From: Bacillota bacterium
GTDB lineage: Bacteria > Bacillota_I > Bacilli_A > ML615J-28 > CAG-698
Assembly: GCA_016280895.1 (NCBI GenBank)
Contig: JAEEHM010000060.1
Span: 2,338 to 66,337, forward strand
Length of the DNA stretch: 64,000 bases
Direction: 5' to 3'
The position numbers and the translations under genes were made by a program. A model generated the notes under the pieces. The model was not told the DNA's origin, did no database searches, and worked only from the letters and a program-made list of their open reading frames with translations. Position 1 is the first letter of the stretch. Every line of letters starts with the position of its first letter. This document shows, piece by piece, positions 46,150 through 52,027 of this stretch.

Positions 46150-46826
46150 GTTTTATTAGTACTTAATAATACTATATAGTAAAAGTTGATGACCATGATT
46201 TGTTTTATTAGTACTTAATAATACTATATAGTAAAAGCACATCTGGCTATCTTACATATCGCAAGAAGTTTTATTAGTACTTAATATTACTATATAGTAA
46301 AAGGTTGGTTCTGGTGGATTCGCAAATGTATATGTTTTATTAGTACTTAATATTACTATATAGTAAAAGGAAACAATACCGGCTTTTGCAATTGATTTGT
46401 TTTATTAGTACTTAATAATACTATATAGTAAAAGACTTCGGTAATCTTATTAATAGCATCCTTATTTTATTAGTACCTAATATTACTATATGGTAAAAGA
46501 ACCCCTAACGCTTTAAATACAGCATCCTGTTTTATTAGTACTTAATAATACTATATAGTAAAAGATGATAAAGTTATGTTTTTAGATAGACAGAGTTTTA
46601 TTAGTACTTAATATTACTATATAGTAAAAGTTAGAAAAAAACAAAATCTCTAAAATTCAGTTTTATTAGTACTTAATAATACTATATGGTAAAAGAGAAA
46701 CGAAGAAAGCAGTATGCGTGCTGAGGTTTTATTAGTACTTAATATTTCTATATAGTAAAAGAACTACGTAACAATTTAGAATTAATTGAAGTTTTATTAG
46801 TACTTAATAATACACATCTAAATTAA
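46150..46826 (+). CRISPR. CRISPR array: 11 repeats of 36 bp and 10 spacers, with no adjacent cas genes
   Basis: Consensus GTTTTATTAGTACTTAATAATACTATATAGTAAAAG. Repeats start at 46150, 46202, 46268, 46334, 46399, 46464, 46529, 46595, 46660 and 46726, plus a terminal copy at 46791 that keeps only the first approx. 24 nt. The spacers are all unique: the first is 16 bp and the other nine are 29-30 bp. Confidence 0.95.
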
Positions 46827-46837
46827 TGAAAATTTTT

Positions 46838-46873
46838 AAAGGGTAGTAGGAAATTCCTACTACCCTTTTTTTT
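46838..46873 (+). terminator. rho-independent terminator closing the CRISPR transcription unit
   Basis: GGGTAGTAGG (46841-46850) pairs with CCTACTACCC (46856-46865) across an AAATT loop, followed by TTTTTTTT. Confidence 0.85.
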
Positions 46874-46964
46874 ACGTTTTTCAATTATTGGCAAAAAAAC
46901 CCGTCTTGTTTTATTTGAAATAATAATATATTATTTTAATAAAAAATAAAGGAGATAATTTAAT

Positions 46965-47975
46965 ATGGGTATTGAAAAAATAAGTGATTCTAATTATCGA
47001 GTAAGAAAAATGGTTAAAGGAAAAAAATATACTTTGAAATTCGACCATAAACCAAGTCAAAAAGAAATTACATTTGCATTAGCAGAAGCATTTGAGGCTA
47101 ATCAAGAGACTTCTGCTAATGCCGGAACAGTTTGTCAATATGCTTTTGATTATATTGAAAAATCAAGAATTAACAAACGTTCGTCCACTACTATTATAAA
47201 CTATCAATCTATTATAAGGAATACTCCTTCTGATTTTCTTACATTTAATTTATTTGATGTAACTCAAACTAATATTCAAAATATGATTGATGAATATTCT
47301 AAAACTCACTCACCTAAAAGTACGAGAAATTTAAATGGTTTTTATAAGGCGGTGTTTAAAGAATATAGACCATCTTTTATTTATAATATTAAACTACCTG
47401 CTAAAAAAAAGAATTTTGAATATCAACCAACGACAAAAGACGTTCAAAGAATTTTAGAATATTCTAAAGATTCAAGATATTATTTGTTTTTAAATTTATC
47501 AGCATTAGGTCTTAGAAGAAGTGAAATTCCTTGTTTATCAAAAAATGATATTGTTAATAACAATACATTAATTATTAATAAAGATTATGTGCTTGATGAA
47601 AATAATAATTATTATATAAAAAGTTCTCCAAAAACAGATGCTACTAATAGAGCAATTTCTATTCCTCAAAATATTGCGGATATGATAAAAGAACATGATG
47701 AAATGTTGTTTACTGGGAATCCTCATACCGTTAATGAATTTTTACACAAAGCTCAAGATGCTTTAAATATTCCAAGATTTAGATTGCATATTTTAAGGCA
47801 TTTTGCCGCTGCTTATTTAATGAAGAAAGGATTTACAGTTGTACAAATAGAGAATTATATGGGATGGGAACATGGGTCTTCTACAATGCAAAAGGTTTAT
47901 GCTTATAACCTTGACCCCGAAGAGTCACAAAAAGATATAGTAACGGCATTTGATGAATTATCGTTTTTGTATTGA
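46965..47975 (+). CDS. int: tyrosine recombinase / phage integrase
   Basis: LGLRRSEI (Arg), HILRHFAAAYLMKKG (HxxR) and a C-terminal ...MQKVYAY (Tyr), with an SAM-like N-terminal domain. AAAGGAGA SD. Confidence 0.9.
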   Translation: MGIEKISDSNYRVRKMVKGKKYTLKFDHKPSQKEITFALAEAFEANQETSANAGTVCQYAFDYIEKSRINKRSSTTIINYQSIIRNTPSDFLTFNLFDVTQTNIQNMIDEYSKTHSPKSTRNLNGFYKAVFKEYRPSFIYNIKLPAKKKNFEYQPTTKDVQRILEYSKDSRYYLFLNLSALGLRRSEIPCLSKNDIVNNNTLIINKDYVLDENNNYYIKSSPKTDATNRAISIPQNIADMIKEHDEMLFTGNPHTVNEFLHKAQDALNIPRFRLHILRHFAAAYLMKKGFTVVQIENYMGWEHGSSTMQKVYAYNLDPEESQKDIVTAFDELSFLY

Positions 47976-48011
47976 TTCACAAACAATTACTATCTTTGTA
48001 TTGGGAAAAAG

Positions 48012-48054
48012 TTGGCAAATTTCTGGCAAAAAATTGGCAAAAGTTGGCAAAAAA
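48012..48054 (+). repeat. four phased (T/C)TGGCAAA(A) direct repeats (candidate arm-type recombinase sites)
   Basis: Copies start at 48012, 48023, 48034 and 48044, spaced 10-11 bp apart. Confidence 0.7.
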
Positions 48055-48168
48055 CTTATTTATGAGACAAATAAAATATTTAATCTATAGATAAAACAGG
48101 TAGTAAAAAACCCCATAAAATCAAGGTTTCTACGATGTTTTCCTTGATATTACGAGGTTCTTAAAAAA

Positions 48169-48192
48169 GTGGACTAGACGGGAGTCGAACCC
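48169..48192 (-). other. tRNA 3'-end-like fragment (candidate attP core)
   Basis: The minus strand reads GGGTTCGACTCCCGTCTAGTCCAC, i.e. a T-loop (TTCGACT), the 3' T-stem and the acceptor 3' strand. No matching 5' acceptor strand or anticodon arm lies upstream, so this is not a complete tRNA. Confidence 0.5.
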
Positions 48193-48241
48193 TAATAGGT
48201 ACCCCTTATAAACGGCTAAAATATAAGGTTTTGGGCGAAAG

Positions 48242-48262
48242 TTGGCAAAAAAGTTGGCAAAA
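48242..48262 (+). repeat. two further TTGGCAAAA repeats on the other side of the core
   Basis: TTGGCAAAA at 48242 and 48254, in the same orientation as the 48012-48054 set. Confidence 0.7.
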
Positions 48263-48330
48263 ATTTTTTGACGATTTTTTATTTCCCATTAACAATATAA
48301 TATGAATAAGACAAAAAAATGACCTCGAAG

Positions 48331-48573
48331 TTAATCGAGGTCATCTGTTTTTTCAAGAAGCTTTCTTCCTGTTAATCTAGCAATAGCACATACTAATTCT
48401 GTACTAACACCCTTTTTGAATAGATATGAAATTTGAGATTGACTAAGACCAACAGCTTCTGCTAATTGTTGTTGTGTAATACCTTCTGCTCGACATATTT
48501 TTTTACATTTTTTAGTTAAGTCTTTTTTTGCTTGTGCAGTTTTTTTGCATTCAATTAAATTTATTTTAGCCAT
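48331..48573 (-). CDS. HTH DNA-binding protein (XRE-like)
   Basis: The GITQQQLAEAVGLSQSQISYLFKKG helix-turn-helix. 80 aa. Confidence 0.65.
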   Translation of the reverse strand: MAKINLIECKKTAQAKKDLTKKCKKICRAEGITQQQLAEAVGLSQSQISYLFKKGVSTELVCAIARLTGRKLLEKTDDLD

Positions 48574-48575
48574 GC

Positions 48576-48809
48576 TTACATACCTATCGAATAAATTTTT
48601 TCCATTTCTTCATCTTCACTTGTATCTTCTTTCAAAAATAAAGTTTTGCATTTACATTTTGGACAACTGTAGTACCATAAAAAGAACCAATCTCCATCTA
48701 TAGGTTGAATTAAATCTCTTCGAAAACCTTTATGATTATTTTTGTCAAAAGTTGTTTTGCATTTTCTTCAACAATTTGTTATAGGATGAAATTTTGCATC
48801 TTTGTTCAT
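48576..48809 (-). pseudogene. small Zn-ribbon ORF interrupted by one in-frame TGA (codon 14)
   Basis: MNKDAKFHPITNC-TGA-RKCKTTFDKNNHKGFRRDLIQPIDGDWFFLWYYSCPKCKCKTLFLKEDTSEDEEMEKIYSIGM*. AAGGAGG SD. The frame stays open for 63 codons after the TGA (48768-48770) and ends 2 nt before the next gene's start. Confidence 0.55.
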
Positions 48810-48837
48810 AATTATTCCTCCTTATTATTTTATTCTA

Positions 48838-49236
48838 TTAATCAATAACCGCTGGCTTAACCGGAATCCACATATTAGGATTGAAATTTAGTTCATATTT
48901 ATATTTTTCTGCTTTATCAGAAGTTACATCTTCAACAACATACGTCACATTGTCAGATAATCCAATAAAATGCTTTTTGTAATTTCCATACTCGTCTTCA
49001 ACAATAACTTCAAGCTGATTGTCATTTGTATCTGCCGTTATACTCATTTTTCCAGTCATCTGAAACAAAACATCACCTTGAATACAATTAATTACAGTAA
49101 GTTGACGAACTTGATTAAAATTATCAGCATCTTTCGAAATGTTGTATGATACTCTTTCGGCTTCTGTGCAACCTGTGATTGATAATGAGATAAGAGCTGT
49201 GTGAATGAACAATAATATTAATTGTCTTTTTTTCAT
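48838..49236 (-). CDS. lipoprotein
   Basis: Signal peptide MKKRQLILLFIHTALISLSITGC with a lipobox (LSITG|C). 132 aa. Confidence 0.75.
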   Translation of the reverse strand: MKKRQLILLFIHTALISLSITGCTEAERVSYNISKDADNFNQVRQLTVINCIQGDVLFQMTGKMSITADTNDNQLEVIVEDEYGNYKKHFIGLSDNVTYVVEDVTSDKAEKYKYELNFNPNMWIPVKPAVID

Positions 49237-49250
49237 AATAAATACCCCCG

Positions 49251-49598
49251 TTAATAATTCTTTTTTATAAATATATTTTTTTCTTTTAACTTATATCTTT
49301 TTATTCCACATTTTTTAAGTTCACGTTTTATGTTTTTATTTACTATTTTTAAAACTTCATTATCATTACTTTCCTTATAATAAGGAGCGTATAAATTGCC
49401 ATCTTCTTGATAGACTGAAATAGTAATTCTATTTGAATCATCATAGCCTAAAAATTGACATGTTATTGTAGTATAACCTTGCCATCTATAGCCTGCGAAA
49501 ATGTGGCGGTATATTCCGTCTCCGATGTGATGAAAATCTAGTAGTTTAAAATTTTCTTTGGAATTATCTTCTATTTTGTAAATTGTATTTTCAATCAT
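49251..49598 (-). CDS. hypothetical protein
   Basis: 115-aa ORF, tightly packed in the minus-strand operon. Confidence 0.4.
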   Translation of the reverse strand: MIENTIYKIEDNSKENFKLLDFHHIGDGIYRHIFAGYRWQGYTTITCQFLGYDDSNRITISVYQEDGNLYAPYYKESNDNEVLKIVNKNIKRELKKCGIKRYKLKEKNIFIKKNY

Positions 49599-49779
49599 CT
49601 ATTCTCTCCCTGTGGTCTCTCATACATTTTTCGCAGTAATACATCCCATGGAAATCCCATAAATATTCATCTGTTATGTAGTCGCCACATTCACAACACA
49701 CTGGTCTAGATATTTCTTTTAAGTATTGTTCATAATCATAATTCAAAAAATCTTGAATTGGGTCATTTGTCCGTATCAT
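49591..49779 (-). CDS. small Cys-rich (zinc-binding?) protein
   Basis: Start taken at MIRTNDP (AGGTGA SD). Contains CCECGDY...YYCEKC motifs. Confidence 0.45.
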   Translation of the reverse strand: MIRTNDPIQDFLNYDYEQYLKEISRPVCCECGDYITDEYLWDFHGMYYCEKCMRDHRERIDD

Positions 49780-49912
49780 TTTTTTCACCTTTGTAAAAAC
49801 GTTCAACAAGTTTAACCATTAAATGTTCTTTTGTTTCTTCTATGCTAATATGATGTTTCGAAGCATAATTTAAAATATAATTTTGTAATAGTATTTCATT
49901 TTCTTTAGTCAT
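49763..49912 (-). CDS. small hypothetical protein (49 aa, below cutoff)
   Basis: MTKENEILLQNYILNYASKHHISIEETKEHL...; a GAGGAAATAAC SD region. Overlaps the next start. Confidence 0.35.
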   Translation of the reverse strand: MTKENEILLQNYILNYASKHHISIEETKEHLMVKLVERFYKGEKNDTDK

Positions 49913-49981
49913 GTTATTTCCTCTACATTGTTTTCAAAATATATGCAATAAAAATTATCAATAGAATAAGAATTAATAATT

Positions 49982-50248
49982 TCATTTTTTTTGCTCCTTT
50001 AGATGTTTTATTCTTTCTAAAATATTCAGTTTATCTTTTTTAGTCCATGGAACTATGTATTTTTTGATTATAGAATCTTTTGTTAGTTGAACTCTTTTTA
50101 TATCTTCTTTTTTTATAAGTAAACAACCTATATTGTTTAATCTTCGTACAAATAAAATTACATCTAATTCGCTATATCCACATAATCTGTATTTCTTACA
50201 AAAATCTTTTGCAAATTGTTTTAAAAACTTGTCTTCATTTTTTAACAT
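49982..50248 (-). CDS. hypothetical protein
   Basis: 88-aa basic ORF. Confidence 0.4.
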   Translation of the reverse strand: MLKNEDKFLKQFAKDFCKKYRLCGYSELDVILFVRRLNNIGCLLIKKEDIKRVQLTKDSIIKKYIVPWTKKDKLNILERIKHLKEQKK

Positions 50249-50477
50249 CGTTTTTCCTTTCAGAATTAAATTTAAAAAGTGATTTTAATAGTGAAAAAAA
50301 TCCACCTATCAATACAAGCAATATTTCAATTATTATTATTGAAAGCGTAATCCAAAATGGAGATAAAATCCAAACTAAAGAAATATTATGAAATTGAGAT
50401 ATTATAAGTAAAATGCCTGATAAAATGACACAATCAAGAATTAAATCTTTAATATAAAATAAATTTTCTTTTTTCAT
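50235..50477 (-). CDS. small membrane protein
   Basis: 80 aa with two clear hydrophobic helices. Confidence 0.45.
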   Translation of the reverse strand: MKKENLFYIKDLILDCVILSGILLIISQFHNISLVWILSPFWITLSIIIIEILLVLIGGFFSLLKSLFKFNSERKNDVKK

Positions 50478-50495
50478 AGTTTTTATTCTCCTTAA

Positions 50496-51182
50496 TTATC
50501 TTCCACTAAAAAAATGATGTCCTTCTTGTAAAATTGGCGTACCAAAATCAAAATAATGATTTGTTCTGAAATATATTACTTTTGTGTTAGTACGTTTGTT
50601 ATATTCCTCCATTACAAGATTTGCTATGTATTCATTATTTTCTACACAATTTATTCTTCCATTGGATACACATTCCCATTGACCGGGAGCATATATTACA
50701 TCTTTGATTGTATTTGGAAAATAAACAGAATCTATTCGGTTGAATATGCAATCAATAACAAGCCTTTTACCATATTCTGATTCTCCTTCCGCTTCCGCCA
50801 CACAAACCAAAGCGACTAGTTCCATATCATCCCAAAATTCTTCTTCTTGCAAATTATCAATTTCATTATTAATTGATTCAGACATTTTTATTATTTCTTC
50901 TTGTATATTTGCATTTATTTCATTCATTTCGGGATTTATAACTTCATTAACTTGTGCAACCATTTGAATGTTAGACTTTTCAATTTCTATATTCTTTTTG
51001 TTTATATTTGGTACAATGTTAGTTACTCCTGCTATAGCTGATTTATTTTCTATTATGGCTTCAAAATCAGTTTGTTTGTTGTTCGAGTAAATTAGTACGG
51101 CTATAAAAAAAATCAAAACAACTACCATATTTGTTATTCTTTTTTTATTGAATTTAATTTTTTGTAAAAGTAAATTTTGCAT
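50496..51182 (-). CDS. membrane-anchored cell wall hydrolase (SleB / Hydrolase_2-like)
   Basis: An N-terminal TM helix, then LVALVCVAEAEGESEYGKRLVIDCIFNRIDSVYFPNTIKDVIYAPGQWECV, which matches the SleB-family core pattern. Confidence 0.7.
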   Translation of the reverse strand: MQNLLLQKIKFNKKRITNMVVVLIFFIAVLIYSNNKQTDFEAIIENKSAIAGVTNIVPNINKKNIEIEKSNIQMVAQVNEVINPEMNEINANIQEEIIKMSESINNEIDNLQEEEFWDDMELVALVCVAEAEGESEYGKRLVIDCIFNRIDSVYFPNTIKDVIYAPGQWECVSNGRINCVENNEYIANLVMEEYNKRTNTKVIYFRTNHYFDFGTPILQEGHHFFSGR

Positions 51183-51198
51183 TAATACTTTCTCCTTT

Positions 51199-51231
51199 CA
51201 AAAAAATAAGCAGTGGAATATCCACTACTTA
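51199..51231 (-). terminator. rho-independent terminator (minus strand)
   Basis: The minus strand reads TAAGTAGTGG-ATATT-CCACTGCTTA followed by TTTTTTT. Confidence 0.6.
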
Positions 51232-51265
51232 TTTATTCTTGAAATTGATTTTTCTGTATTAAGTT

Positions 51266-51481
51266 TTAAATTCTTCTTTCCCACGCGCATATTAACGATT
51301 TTTCATCAGTTCCATAGCATCTAAATTTACAATTGTTGCAATAAATAGTATAGTCTATAGAAAAAGGAAAACGTTCATCGTTTACGAGGGTAACTATTCT
51401 TGATATCCATGGAGTTCCCCCACAAAAGGGGCATTTTTTTAAATTAGGCATTTCTTTGTGTGTATATTTTTTATCTGTCAT
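51266..51481 (-). CDS. Lar-family restriction alleviation-like protein
   Basis: KKCPFCGG...YCNNCKF...EKSLICAWERR parallels the Lar pattern (PCPFCGG...C..C...eAi.aWNrR) as remembered. AAAGGAGGA SD. Confidence 0.5.
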   Translation of the reverse strand: MTDKKYTHKEMPNLKKCPFCGGTPWISRIVTLVNDERFPFSIDYTIYCNNCKFRCYGTDEKSLICAWERRI

Positions 51482-51496
51482 ATTTATTCCTCCTTT

Positions 51497-52027
51497 TTAT
51501 CTTAAAAATTCTTTTAAATAATATTCAAAATATTTCTTTATAAATAACGCTGATGTGTTTTTGTCTGGCATAAAAAATACCGGCATGTTATACCTAAACC
51601 AAAATGTATGAAGTGTAGCTAAAAATGCTTTTTTATTATATTGGCTTCTATAATTACCATTTACTATATCTTCATAGTTAGAATTTTCGATTAAAAGGAC
51701 TTTTGTTTTTGGAGCCAAACACATTTCTTTTTCAAAACGGTCTCTTTCTTTAGTCCAATTATTCGCTAATTCATCAAGGTTAGCTTTTCTTTCTATTGCA
51801 ATTTCTTTGTCGAAAAATAATGCTCTTGGAATATTTAGAGAATCATTTGCCGGAATATAGAAGCTATAATCACATCTTTCCAAAGCTTTTTTTTGATATG
51901 TAATATTATTTTTTTCAAATACATCTAAAATATGATTATTTTTTTGTTCTCTTGAATCCCAAAGTATAACCATTGATTTTACAATTTCATCCATTTCTTT
52001 GTCAGAATACTTATATTTATCAATCAT
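51497..52027 (-). CDS. ERCC4-type nuclease
   Basis: ILWDSREQKN...CDYSF...IAIERKANLDELANN fits the ERCC4 (D.RE...GDY...ERK..DL) signature. Confidence 0.6.
   Translation of the reverse strand: MIDKYKYSDKEMDEIVKSMVILWDSREQKNNHILDVFEKNNITYQKKALERCDYSFYIPANDSLNIPRALFFDKEIAIERKANLDELANNWTKERDRFEKEMCLAPKTKVLLIENSNYEDIVNGNYRSQYNKKAFLATLHTFWFRYNMPVFFMPDKNTSALFIKKYFEYYLKEFLR

Noticed and set aside
46150-46826. Self-targeting of this phage by its own spacers.
   Set aside because: By eye I found only a 9-nt partial match, between spacer 1 and nt 23068-23076. That is not significant, and a proper search is still needed.
48121-48240. A complete tRNA gene downstream of the integrase.
   Set aside because: Only the T-loop, 3' T-stem and acceptor 3' strand are present. 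The expected 5' acceptor strand (GGACTAG) and anticodon arm are absent, and the T-stem 5' half does not pair. It is a fragment consistent with an att core.
48768-48770. Genome-wide TGA reassignment (code 4/25), or selenocysteine, as the explanation for the in-frame TGA.
   Set aside because: TGA is used as a normal stop by several well-supported genes here (for example the ends of 14513-15331 and 17420-17722). Trp is encoded by TGG throughout, and no convincing SECIS-like hairpin follows the codon. It is kept only as a low-probability alternative in the findings.
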